This document shows positions 9,620-18,525 of a stretch of DNA of 64,000 nt, piece after piece. The first letter of the stretch is position 1, and each line of letters opens with the position of its first letter. Under the pieces are notes generated by a model. That model saw nothing but the letters and a program-made list of their open reading frames with translations. It was not told the DNA's origin and ran no database searches. This stretch comes from Candidatus Woesearchaeota archaeon (GTDB taxonomy: Archaea; Nanobdellota; Nanobdellia; Woesearchaeales; GW2011-AR9): contig JABHQW010000008.1 of NCBI GenBank assembly GCA_018696595.1, positions 38,484-102,483 on the forward strand, in the 5' to 3' direction. The translations under genes and the position numbers were made by a program.

Positions 9620-10354
9620 ATGAGAAACATAAAGAAAATTCTAATTGAACAAAAAACGGGGAAAAAACATTTTGTTAAAGATCTAGATGACAATTATCAT
9701 ACTTCCTCTGGAGTTATCTTAAAAAAAGATTTAAAATCAAAGAAGAATATTATCAAGTCCGACAAAGGAAAAACTTTCTTTATGATTGAACCAACATTCC
9801 CAGATTTATGGGAATCACTTAGCAGAGGCCCACAACTAATGTTACCAAAAGATATTGGGATGGTTATGGCTAAAACTGGAATTAACCATAATTCAAAAAT
9901 CGTCGATGCCGGTGGTGGAACAGGAAGTTTATGTTTATCTCTAGCAAATATGTGTAAAGAAATTACTGTTTACGAAATTAATCCCGAACATTATGATGTT
10001 GTTGCTAAAAACATTAAATTGTTTGGTTTTAAAAACATCAAATTAAAACACGATAGTATTTACAAAGGGATTAAAGAGAAAGATTTAGATTTAATCACTT
10101 TAGATCTTCCGGAACCATGGCAAGTTATTGAACATGCAGAAAAATCCTTAAAACAAGGAGCACATTTAGTTGTTTATCTTCCAAATCTTAATCAAGTAAA
10201 AATGTTTATCGATTCTTGTAGAAGAAGCAATATCAAAGTCACAGAAACATTAGAACTTATTGAGCGTAAATGGAAAATCGAAGACAGGATCATGCGTCCA
10301 GAGTTCCAAATGTTAGGACATACTGGGTTCTTAATATTTTGTAGGAAATTCTAG
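9620..10354 (+). CDS. trmI: tRNA (adenine-N1)-methyltransferase TrmI/Gcd14 family
   Basis: GPQLMLPKDIGMVMAKTGINHNSKIVDAGGGTGSLCLSLA (SAM motif I) and DLITLDLPEPW. I chose ATG 9620, which is 1 nt after the dcd stop. The track's 9530 start would overlap dcd by 89 nt. Confidence 0.8.
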   Translation: MRNIKKILIEQKTGKKHFVKDLDDNYHTSSGVILKKDLKSKKNIIKSDKGKTFFMIEPTFPDLWESLSRGPQLMLPKDIGMVMAKTGINHNSKIVDAGGGTGSLCLSLANMCKEITVYEINPEHYDVVAKNIKLFGFKNIKLKHDSIYKGIKEKDLDLITLDLPEPWQVIEHAEKSLKQGAHLVVYLPNLNQVKMFIDSCRRSNIKVTETLELIERKWKIEDRIMRPEFQMLGHTGFLIFCRKF

Positions 10355-11853
10355 AGAATTAAATATCCATGATTCTTTTTAGCAAACTCTTTAGCCAGAC
10401 CCAACTTAAATTTATTCTCTGCAAAGATAGTATAAAGAACCTCTCCTTTCTTAATTGGGTGATGAATTTTTTTATTAATATATAAACCTGAACCCTTATC
10501 TTGAGGCGCACCAGCAATCCGGGCAATCTTAGAAATTATTTCGTTATCAATCTCTTTAACCCGACCAATTTTTGTTGACTTTACAATATGTTGATAATAA
10601 CCAATTTTAACTTTTTTTTGTTTTCCTTGTAATTCAATAATTTCGTTCATCTTTTTAAGAGCTTTACCACTTTCAAGAATTTCATGTGCTACTTTCAAAC
10701 CTTTACCTTTTCGGTACTTGCCAGTCATTTCTAATAAAGCTCCCGCCATAATTAAGGCTTTATGTTTCAAATCCTGTGGAGCCAAAACATCATCTTTTAA
10801 AACTTGCATCACATCCATAGCTTCTAAAAATGGACCAATCCCATTACCAATAGGTTGAGAACCATCGGTAATAACAACTTTAACATTCATTCCTAATTTT
10901 TTTCCAATCAACATAAACATTTTCTTGAAATGTTTTGCTTGTTTCCAATTCTTTGCTTTAACCTGTTTACCCATAGGAATATCTATCAAAACATGATTAG
11001 CAGAAACAGAAAACTTCTTTGCCATAACTGAAGCCAAGAGCTGTCCTTCTGCGTCGATAGATAATGGATGTTCAACATCAATAATTTTGTCATCGGCTGG
11101 AGCCAGGTTCATGCTACCACCATGAACAATACAGGACTTAGCTTTTTTTACAATTTGTTTGATCTTTTTTTCAGGAAGTTCAACCCTGGCAAGACATTCC
11201 ATAGTATCTGCAGTTCCTGCCGGACTTGTAATTGCCCTACTAGAAGTTTTAGGAATTGTAAAACCAGCAGCTGCAACAATGGGGATAACAATCATAGTGG
11301 TTCTGTTTCCCGGAACCCCGCCAATGCAATGTTTATCTAATGTTATTCCCGAGAACTTTAATTTATACCCCGTCTTCACCATTGCTCGAGTCATATCAAC
11401 AACTTCTTCATTGTTCCAGCCATTAACAAATCCCGCAGCTACAAAATAAGTTTTTTCAATATCGGTTAATCGATCATTTGTAATATCATCAATAATATGT
11501 AATAATTCTGTGTAAGACAAACGTTTCCCATAAAGTTTACTTCTAATATGTTTTACAGATTCTGGTTTACCAGTAAATTTTAATTGTACAGCACTATCTT
11601 TTTTAACGTTTAATTTCTTAAGAACTTCTTCAAATAATCCAATTTTGCCTTCGGGAACGGCTTTTTGACTCTCAGAAATATCTAAGATGCAAACTTGTTC
11701 CCTGCCATCAGTTTTAAGTAGAATTCTATCCCCAGAATGTAAATCTAATTTGTGTGCGTCTTTAGTATTAAGAATGGCCACTAAAGTGCCGCCCGTAGCA
11801 ATATCCATATCTTTAACTTTAAACTTAAGACTGTGATTCTTCTTAGACTTCAT
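10351..11853 (-). CDS. deoA: AMP phosphorylase (archaeal thymidine-phosphorylase-family enzyme with N-terminal extension)
   Basis: 500 aa. N-terminal FKVKDMDIATGGTLVAILNTKDAHKLDLHSGDRILL domain plus DKHCIGGVPGNRTTMIVIPIVAAAG phosphate/ribose motif. Confidence 0.8.
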   Translation of the reverse strand: MKSKKNHSLKFKVKDMDIATGGTLVAILNTKDAHKLDLHSGDRILLKTDGREQVCILDISESQKAVPEGKIGLFEEVLKKLNVKKDSAVQLKFTGKPESVKHIRSKLYGKRLSYTELLHIIDDITNDRLTDIEKTYFVAAGFVNGWNNEEVVDMTRAMVKTGYKLKFSGITLDKHCIGGVPGNRTTMIVIPIVAAAGFTIPKTSSRAITSPAGTADTMECLARVELPEKKIKQIVKKAKSCIVHGGSMNLAPADDKIIDVEHPLSIDAEGQLLASVMAKKFSVSANHVLIDIPMGKQVKAKNWKQAKHFKKMFMLIGKKLGMNVKVVITDGSQPIGNGIGPFLEAMDVMQVLKDDVLAPQDLKHKALIMAGALLEMTGKYRKGKGLKVAHEILESGKALKKMNEIIELQGKQKKVKIGYYQHIVKSTKIGRVKEIDNEIISKIARIAGAPQDKGSGLYINKKIHHPIKKGEVLYTIFAENKFKLGLAKEFAKKNHGYLIL

Positions 11854-11975
11854 GATCTACCTCTTTTTGATATTAGAATTAAAGTTTTATGTTTTATAAG
11901 GTTTTTGGAAATCTTTAATTTCCTAAATACTTAATAGTATTAGATTTTTGAAAAAAAGAAAAAGTAAAAAAAAAG

Positions 11976-13166
11976 TTATTTGCTCAATAAACTCTTAATT
12001 CTTTCTGTTTCTTCTAAAGTTAATTCAGGGTTATTAGGAAAATAAAACCCGAACTGGTGAATCTTTCTAGCATTAGGACAACTAAAACTTAATCCCTTTT
12101 CTGATAAATAATTCCTAAAGAAAGGTTGCTCAACAATTGAACCCCCAACAATGGGTCTTATTTCAACATTATTCTCTTCAAACTTATTCCTATAACTGTT
12201 GAAAGTTTCTAAGTCTTTACAAATTAAAGGAAAAGCAAAATTTGAAACTAGGCTCATGTGGCCTACATTTAGTTTTTCAAAATCTGAGTTTGTCCCTGCA
12301 GTAATACTAAACTCTTTAAAATTATTTTCTCTTGCCAAATTTATTTCTTCAGCATACTTAAGTTGTTCCACACCAATAAATCCGGTAATCTCGGTTGGTC
12401 GCAAATTATATGCTGGGAAAAAGAATGCATAACGAGAATAAAACCCATCAATATTATTCTCTGCCCTTAATTTAGTCTGTGTTTCTTGATCTAGATTTCT
12501 GTCCCAGCCATGCGCTCTAACCATCAAAAGCATGTCATGTAACTCTTTATCGTTAGTACAAACCATGCCCCCCTCGATTGTAGAAAGATGATGCCCCACA
12601 AACGTAGAGAAAGTTCCCGCCAACCCAAAACTACCTAGCTTAGTATTATTTAACTCGCTACCAAAAGATTCACAATTATCTTCTATTAAAACAATCCCTT
12701 TTTGTTCACAGACTGCTTTTATTTTATCTAAATCCCCACTAAAACCAAGAAGATTAGTAATGAAAAGAACTTTCATGTCAGTATTCTCTAATGTTCTTAA
12801 TAATGTTTCAGAACTTACGTTTAAAGTTTCTAAAGAAACATCAACGGGAACTGGATTTAATCCTAATTGTAATAAAGGCATGACATTAGTGGCCCAAGTT
12901 AAAGCAGAAAAACCCACTTTATCTTCTTTTCTAAGAATGTTAAGATTAAGTAAAGATTGTATTAAAGCAAGGTTAGCAGAACTACCACTGTTAAAAAGTA
13001 CAGAATATTCTTGATTTTGAAATTTGCTAAATTCATTTTCAAATTCTGCACATTTATGGCTCATGCTCAGCTGTTCTTTTTCCATAATAAATTTGCACAA
13101 TTTCTCTTTAACTTCTTGTTCATGATAGAATGTTGATTTCATTAACCTAATTTTGCTATCTGTCAT
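11976..13166 (-). CDS. DegT/DnrJ/EryC1-family PLP/PMP enzyme, probable NDP-4-keto-6-deoxyhexose 3-dehydratase (ColD/E1-like)
   Basis: Family pattern throughout (FNSGSSANLALIQ, IEDNCESFGS). At the PLP-lysine position the sequence reads FVGHHLSTIEGG, i.e. His-His instead of Lys. Confidence 0.65.
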   Translation of the reverse strand: MTDSKIRLMKSTFYHEQEVKEKLCKFIMEKEQLSMSHKCAEFENEFSKFQNQEYSVLFNSGSSANLALIQSLLNLNILRKEDKVGFSALTWATNVMPLLQLGLNPVPVDVSLETLNVSSETLLRTLENTDMKVLFITNLLGFSGDLDKIKAVCEQKGIVLIEDNCESFGSELNNTKLGSFGLAGTFSTFVGHHLSTIEGGMVCTNDKELHDMLLMVRAHGWDRNLDQETQTKLRAENNIDGFYSRYAFFFPAYNLRPTEITGFIGVEQLKYAEEINLARENNFKEFSITAGTNSDFEKLNVGHMSLVSNFAFPLICKDLETFNSYRNKFEENNVEIRPIVGGSIVEQPFFRNYLSEKGLSFSCPNARKIHQFGFYFPNNPELTLEETERIKSLLSK

Positions 13167-13204
13167 TTTTAGTATCTCCTTTTAATTTGATTTCATCTAA
13201 TCTC

Positions 13205-14347
13205 TTAACAATCCTTATCAACACACTCGCCAGCATCTAACTTCTTGCCAACTTCACATTTGTCTTTAACAAACGCACCCAACTTCTCTTTACCAGAATC
13301 ATGTTCTTTGCCATTGCCATTAACTTTTACAGTTTTATCTTTTCCAGCATTGGAAACTTTAACGCCAGCACTTAACCTGGCCTTATCGCCTAGAACAGAA
13401 TCACTAACTTCACAACCCTCTTCCAAATCGCAGCCAGCACCAACAATAGTATTTTTTAATTTAACATTGTCACCGATTCTAGAACCATCACCAATAGCAG
13501 TGAAACCTTCCAAAATACAATTTTCACCGATTAAACATCCTCTGCCAATAACAATATTTCCTTTCAATACACAACCATCTTCTATAATTGATCCTTCACC
13601 AATGTCAACAGAACCTTCAATAATAACGTCTTTTCCTAACTTACCTTTAATTGAGATTTCATCTTTTTCATTCAATAATTTTTCAGTTGCATCTAAAACA
13701 TGCCAAGGATATCCGACAGGGATCCAATAACCTTTAACTTCTTCTGCATGCATTTTTCCTTGCTTAGCCAAAACTTTAACCGCATCCGTCAATTCATATT
13801 CACCCCGAATGGAAGGTTCTAACCCCTGTAAGATTGCAAAAACTTCTGGACTAAAACAATACATTCCTGCATTTACGTAATTAGAAACAAACTCTTTAGA
13901 TTTCTCAACAATATCTTTAACTTTTCCATTCTCAATAACTACTGCCCCGAAAGCAGATGCATCTCTTTTATATTTTATTAAGATACAGTTTTCATATTTA
14001 GAAATATTCCCCATATCTTTACGGGAGAATAAATCATCCCCATTCAGAACTAAAAACTTTTCATTAACAAATTCTTTAGCCATTAGAACAGCGTGGCCAG
14101 TTCCTAATTGTTCTTCTTGAACAACATAAGTTATCTTGATTCCTTTGTAATTATTACCAAACCGATTAATGATCATGTCTTTCTTGTAACCAACAATAAT
14201 AACCACTTCTTCTACTAACCCTAACATTTGTTCAAGGTTGTGTTCCAAAACCGGTTTGTTAGCAACCTCAATTAATGGTTTAGGTTTATCAACTGCTAAT
14301 GGATACATTCTTGTTCCTTTTCCGGCCGCTAATATTACTGCTTGCAT
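13205..14347 (-). CDS. bifunctional sugar-1-phosphate nucleotidyltransferase with C-terminal left-handed beta-helix (GlmU/ST0452-like)
   Basis: MQAVILAAGKGTRMYPL...KPLIEV N-terminal NTP-transferase motif. C-terminal hexapeptide repeats (IGEGSIIEDGCVLKGNIVIGRGCLIGENCILEG...). Confidence 0.8.
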   Translation of the reverse strand: MQAVILAAGKGTRMYPLAVDKPKPLIEVANKPVLEHNLEQMLGLVEEVVIIVGYKKDMIINRFGNNYKGIKITYVVQEEQLGTGHAVLMAKEFVNEKFLVLNGDDLFSRKDMGNISKYENCILIKYKRDASAFGAVVIENGKVKDIVEKSKEFVSNYVNAGMYCFSPEVFAILQGLEPSIRGEYELTDAVKVLAKQGKMHAEEVKGYWIPVGYPWHVLDATEKLLNEKDEISIKGKLGKDVIIEGSVDIGEGSIIEDGCVLKGNIVIGRGCLIGENCILEGFTAIGDGSRIGDNVKLKNTIVGAGCDLEEGCEVSDSVLGDKARLSAGVKVSNAGKDKTVKVNGNGKEHDSGKEKLGAFVKDKCEVGKKLDAGECVDKDC

Positions 14348-14814
14348 TTTAAGACTTCATTCAATTCTGTAAATTCTTCAATTTTGTGATCTGGAACTTC
14401 AAAATCATCTTTTGCTTTTAAAGTTTTATATTTTCCTTGATTTAGTAAGACAGTTTTAAGTCCCAATTCTTTCCCATAACGGATTTCTGAAGTTATTTTA
14501 TTGCCAACAACTAAAAAATGATAAGAAGGATATTTCTGCATTATCTTTCTAAAACAATTAATTTTGTTTTTATCTTCTAAAGGATAAAAGATTTCATCAA
14601 AAAAGTTTTTGATTCCTAAAATATTAATCTTCTCTTCTTGAATCTCTTTATTTCCTTTGGTAACTAAAATTTTCTTAGAATCGTCATTGATTAAAAATTC
14701 TCTCACTCCCAGAAATGGTTTTATTTCATTAAGATTAGAATAATCTGGTTTCACAACATTAGAACATAAATAGAGGGTATCATCAAGATCAAAAATGATT
14801 AACCTAGATTTCAT
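14335..14814 (-). CDS. HAD-superfamily hydrolase
   Basis: Motif I IIFDLDDTLY. Overlaps both neighbours by 11-13 nt, suggesting translational coupling. Confidence 0.6.
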   Translation of the reverse strand: MKSRLIIFDLDDTLYLCSNVVKPDYSNLNEIKPFLGVREFLINDDSKKILVTKGNKEIQEEKINILGIKNFFDEIFYPLEDKNKINCFRKIMQKYPSYHFLVVGNKITSEIRYGKELGLKTVLLNQGKYKTLKAKDDFEVPDHKIEEFTELNEVLKCKQ

Positions 14815-15772
14815 GGATAATCCCCATCAGAATTTGAGTTAGCTTCTTACGATCATGTCGAATAAGATTCCTAGCCATTAAGTCAACTTTATCTGCTTGT
14901 TTCAGTTTACTGCTTAACAAATCTGCAACAATAACTCTTTCCTCTTCCATTAAATCGTTTTCAATTAGTTCCCCTTCTTTAGCATAAACCTCCACTAATT
15001 CTTGAGGGGGTTTACCATCATTAACAACAATGAAATCAAAAACATCTTTACCTAAATAACGTCTAATTTCTTTAAGATACCCATTAGTTGTAAAACCGGT
15101 AGTTTGACCTTTACGGTTCATTAGATTTACTACAAAAACTTTTTCAGCCTTAGTTTCTCTTAAAGCTTTACTTACCCCTTCAACTAATAGAAGAGGAATT
15201 AAACTGCTATATAGGCCACCGGGCCCGAGAACAATTAAATCAGCATTCATGATTGCATCAATTGCTCGTTGGTTAACTTTAGGAATTGGTTCTAAAAAAA
15301 TACTTCTAAAACCTTGATCAATTTCTTCAGACAAATAAATTTCTCCTTCACCATTGAGAATCTTATTGTTATCTAGAATCATTTTCAAACGAACTTCGTT
15401 TGTAGTTATCGGAAGGACCTTTCCTTTAATATTCATTATTCGGCTTACTTCTTCAACCGAAGTTTCAAAACTGCCAGTAACTTTCTCTAATGCAGATAAT
15501 AAAAGGTTACCAAAACTGTGGCCTTGTAAACAACCATTGTCAAAACGATAATTCATTAAATTTCTCATTAACTTACTAGAATCTGATAAAGCTACTAAAC
15601 ATTGTCTCACATCTCCCGGAGGAAGAACACCTAACTCATCTCTTAAAACTCCTGTTGAACCACCATCATCAGCCATTGAGACTACTGCAGTTAAATCTAA
15701 AGGATATTTCTTTAAACCTCTGAGAACGGTAAAATTACCTGTACCGCCACCTAAAGTCACTACCTTTTTCAT
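14804..15772 (-). CDS. YvcK/CofD-family protein (UPF0052, 2-phospho-L-lactate transferase-like fold)
   Basis: VVTLGGGTGNFTVLRGLK...VVSMADDGGSTGVLRDELGVLPPGDVRQCLVAL signature. Confidence 0.75.
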   Translation of the reverse strand: MKKVVTLGGGTGNFTVLRGLKKYPLDLTAVVSMADDGGSTGVLRDELGVLPPGDVRQCLVALSDSSKLMRNLMNYRFDNGCLQGHSFGNLLLSALEKVTGSFETSVEEVSRIMNIKGKVLPITTNEVRLKMILDNNKILNGEGEIYLSEEIDQGFRSIFLEPIPKVNQRAIDAIMNADLIVLGPGGLYSSLIPLLLVEGVSKALRETKAEKVFVVNLMNRKGQTTGFTTNGYLKEIRRYLGKDVFDFIVVNDGKPPQELVEVYAKEGELIENDLMEEERVIVADLLSSKLKQADKVDLMARNLIRHDRKKLTQILMGIIHEI

Positions 15773-15833
15773 AGTGTTTTTAGAGAGATTTAGTTTTTAA
15801 AAGTTGTGAAAAAGAAGCAATCATTAAAAAGAA

Positions 15834-16607
15834 TTATTCTTTCCTGATTCTTACCATCATAGCATAATCATAAGTGTCAAGAAGGATAAAAGAAAAGTTT
15901 TCTTTTTTGACAAAACTGAGATAATCATAAACTCTTTGTTTAGTGAATCTTTGAGACCACCATCCTTCTTTAGTTGCTGTGAAACAATCTCTTTCATCAG
16001 TTATAACTGTCCAACCAAAATTCCTATAAGAATCTTCTTGCTTTTTTCTAGTTTCTTCATTGTCAATATACATTGAACCAATTACTAATTCCCCATTTGG
16101 TTTTAACATCCCATAAGCTTGTTTAATAATTGTTATGATTTTATCATTTGTAGACAGATCTAGTCCTGGTTTGAATTTTTCTAAATCAAAATTTGAAGGA
16201 TAAAAAGTTCCTATAGTAAACCAAGTAGAAATTATTAGATCATATTTTTGATTTAAAGAGTCTAACTTTGTTGCATCCAATAATTGAACATTAGATTTAT
16301 CCCCAATGTCTAAATCTGCGATAACTTTCTGAGAAAGATTAATACAATTTTGGGCAATATCAATTCCTTCATAATGTTCAATAGCATTCCAGATTTCTTT
16401 TATTCCAACAAGATGTTTTAATATTCTTGCATCACCAATACCAATATCTAAAACCCTTAGCGGCGATCCCTTCTTTTGATAAAGTTCAGTAATTGCCTTT
16501 TTTAATTCAATAAGTTCGGCCCATTGTGCTTGTAATAAATATTCAGTAAGGTTATTCTCATTAAAAGTGTCCTTTACGTGTTGAGGTTTGTCATACATTT
16601 CTTCCAT
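15834..16607 (-). CDS. class I SAM-dependent methyltransferase
   Basis: Motif I VLDIGIGDARILKHL and acidic loop DLIISTWF. Confidence 0.6.
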   Translation of the reverse strand: MEEMYDKPQHVKDTFNENNLTEYLLQAQWAELIELKKAITELYQKKGSPLRVLDIGIGDARILKHLVGIKEIWNAIEHYEGIDIAQNCINLSQKVIADLDIGDKSNVQLLDATKLDSLNQKYDLIISTWFTIGTFYPSNFDLEKFKPGLDLSTNDKIITIIKQAYGMLKPNGELVIGSMYIDNEETRKKQEDSYRNFGWTVITDERDCFTATKEGWWSQRFTKQRVYDYLSFVKKENFSFILLDTYDYAMMVRIRKE

Positions 16608-16688
16608 AAGAACAAAAAAATAAGGTTAATATATAAATTTTCAGGTATAAAAATTAAAAAAAGAAAAAAAGAAAAAAAATAAAGAACT

Positions 16689-17294
16689 TTATTCTTCAGT
16701 AAAGTCTTCGATACTTGCAGACATTTCTTCATTACCAGCTAACATACCTTTCTTTTGCATGTATTCTCTAGCAATCAAGTAAAAGATTAAACCAATAGAT
16801 TTCTTACCTTTATTGTTACAAGGAATTACTAAATCTAATTTGTTAGACTGGTTGTTTGTATCACATAAAGCAATTACAGGCACACCAATCTTGAAAGCAT
16901 CTTCAACAGCATTTTTGTCTGGCCACGGGTCACAAACAAAAACAACTTGTGGTTCTGTAAAAGTTTCCAAGTTAGGGTTTGTCATAATTCCTGGCGGATA
17001 TCTTCCAGGTAAAACTTTGATTCCAGTTAATTCTCCCAATTTCTTAAGAGCTTTCCAACCATTTTCCCTTCTACAAGTTATTAAGATTTGTTCTGGTTCG
17101 TATTGTGCTAAAAAGTTAGCAGCAATAGCAACTCGTTCATCAATCTGTTTTAAGTTTAAAACAGATAAACCGTCTGGCCTAGTTTTGTAAATAAATTTAG
17201 CCATGTACTTGGTTTTAAATTTAGTTCCAATATGAATTCCTGATTTCAGGTATTCTTTGGATTCTATTAGTAAATTTTCTTGTTCTTCTCCCAT
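16689..17294 (-). CDS. rps2: 30S ribosomal protein uS2 (archaeal type)
   Basis: YLKSGIHIGTKFKTKYMAKFIYKTRPDGLSVLNLKQIDERVAIAANFL. SD GGAGG (complement of 17304-17308) lies 9 nt upstream. Confidence 0.9.
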   Translation of the reverse strand: MGEEQENLLIESKEYLKSGIHIGTKFKTKYMAKFIYKTRPDGLSVLNLKQIDERVAIAANFLAQYEPEQILITCRRENGWKALKKLGELTGIKVLPGRYPPGIMTNPNLETFTEPQVVFVCDPWPDKNAVEDAFKIGVPVIALCDTNNQSNKLDLVIPCNNKGKKSIGLIFYLIAREYMQKKGMLAGNEEMSASIEDFTEE

Positions 17295-17307
17295 TTTAAT
17301 TTTCCTC

Positions 17308-17580
17308 CTATTTCAGTAATGATTCTTTTGTACTTTTTTCTTTACTCTTATCCCAAACATTTTCAAACTCTTCTTTACTGATTTCAATGTAAGTGGGTTT
17401 TGGGGGTTCTTCACCAAATAAACTGTGGTCTGAAGAAGAACAAGCTTGAAAAAAATCTTTTGCAGACCCTTTAGTTGAATCTCCATTTTCTTCTTGACAA
17501 ACTACTCTCCCCATATTTCCTTCTGACAAAATCTCTTCAAAATAAACTTTATCATTAACTGTTTCTTTAATATATTTCAT
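17308..17580 (-). CDS. hypothetical protein (90 aa), co-transcribed with rps2
   Basis: The ORF ends 13 nt before rps2, and its stop codon overlaps the rps2 SD. No recognisable domain. Confidence 0.4.
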   Translation of the reverse strand: MKYIKETVNDKVYFEEILSEGNMGRVVCQEENGDSTKGSAKDFFQACSSSDHSLFGEEPPKPTYIEISKEEFENVWDKSKEKSTKESLLK

Positions 17581-17755
17581 TTTTCAGATAACAAATAAGA
17601 ACTAAATCTTATCTGCGTATTTCTTTTGCCTCACGCAGCTATGCTTCACCCTACAACAGGTAAGCGTCGGCTATGTTGTTTATTTTAGAGAGGGGTTTAT
17701 AAATGTTTCTAGAATTTACTATTAGATTCTAAAACCACAGAAAAATCTTCATTTT

Positions 17756-18523
17756 TTAACAGCTTCTTATAAGTTCTAAAAGATTCTCTTGATCAAGTAC
17801 TGTTGCACCAAGCCTTGCTGCTGCTTCTTGTTGTTTCTCGGTGTTATAACCCCATGGGGCCATTACAAGATTAACCCCCAGGTCATGTAATCTAATAACT
17901 TCAGGTAGACTGTCCTCAATCATCGTTATATCTTCCAAACCCACACCTTCTCTTTCTGCAATCTCTCTCAAATGATCAGCTTTTTTCTTACCATGTGTTG
18001 CTTTTGTAAAAATATTTTCTTCATTGATATCGAAACCCAACATCTTCAATCTTTTTTGTGCCATTTGGTTTGAAGAAGAAACATACACTGGACCATTTTC
18101 CTTTGCAGCATTAATAATATTACGAATACCTATGTAAACAATTAATAAATTAATTATTTCTTGTGAGTGTTCATATGGTAAACAGCTACGCACATCAGTA
18201 AAAGCTAAACAGAACTGATTATATTCACTATCACCTACTTTGTCCCTATACTTAGCCACTTCAGTCTCAAATTGTTCTCTACTCTCGACGTTCGGAGATG
18301 TTTCTCTAAAATGAGCACATATTGCTAAAAATTCATGGCCATGAACTAAGAAAGGTCTGTATTGATTAATAGCTTTTTCAAATCCAGGATAAGCCAGTTC
18401 AGTAGCTTCCAATGATAAAATTCTATTACTTGGTTCAGTTCCACGAAGAGCATTAACAGCTTCAATACCCCCCAATATTGCTGAATTGGTTAATACTCCA
18501 TCCATATCAAATACAGATATCAT
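17756..18523 (-). CDS. HAD-like hydrolase/phosphatase
   Basis: Motif I VFDMDGVLTNS. Starts 3 nt after the upstream carbamoyltransferase stop. Confidence 0.55.
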   Translation of the reverse strand: MISVFDMDGVLTNSAILGGIEAVNALRGTEPSNRILSLEATELAYPGFEKAINQYRPFLVHGHEFLAICAHFRETSPNVESREQFETEVAKYRDKVGDSEYNQFCLAFTDVRSCLPYEHSQEIINLLIVYIGIRNIINAAKENGPVYVSSSNQMAQKRLKMLGFDINEENIFTKATHGKKKADHLREIAEREGVGLEDITMIEDSLPEVIRLHDLGVNLVMAPWGYNTEKQQEAAARLGATVLDQENLLELIRSC

Positions 18524-18525
18524 GA

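Noticed and set aside
11068-11449. Plus-strand ORFs antisense to the AMP phosphorylase gene. Similar antisense ORFs occur at 12199-13014, 13245-13730, 15354-15551, 16813-17190, 19067-19738 and 40614-41012.
   Set aside because: Each is nested in a longer CDS with clear family motifs on the opposite strand.
17611-17690. Possible tRNA or C/D-box sRNA in the GC-enriched intergenic island.
   Set aside because: No cloverleaf can be drawn, since acceptor and T-arm complementarity is absent. There is no RUGAUGA C box or terminal stem; only a CTGA near the 3' end. It is kept only as a generic structured-RNA candidate.
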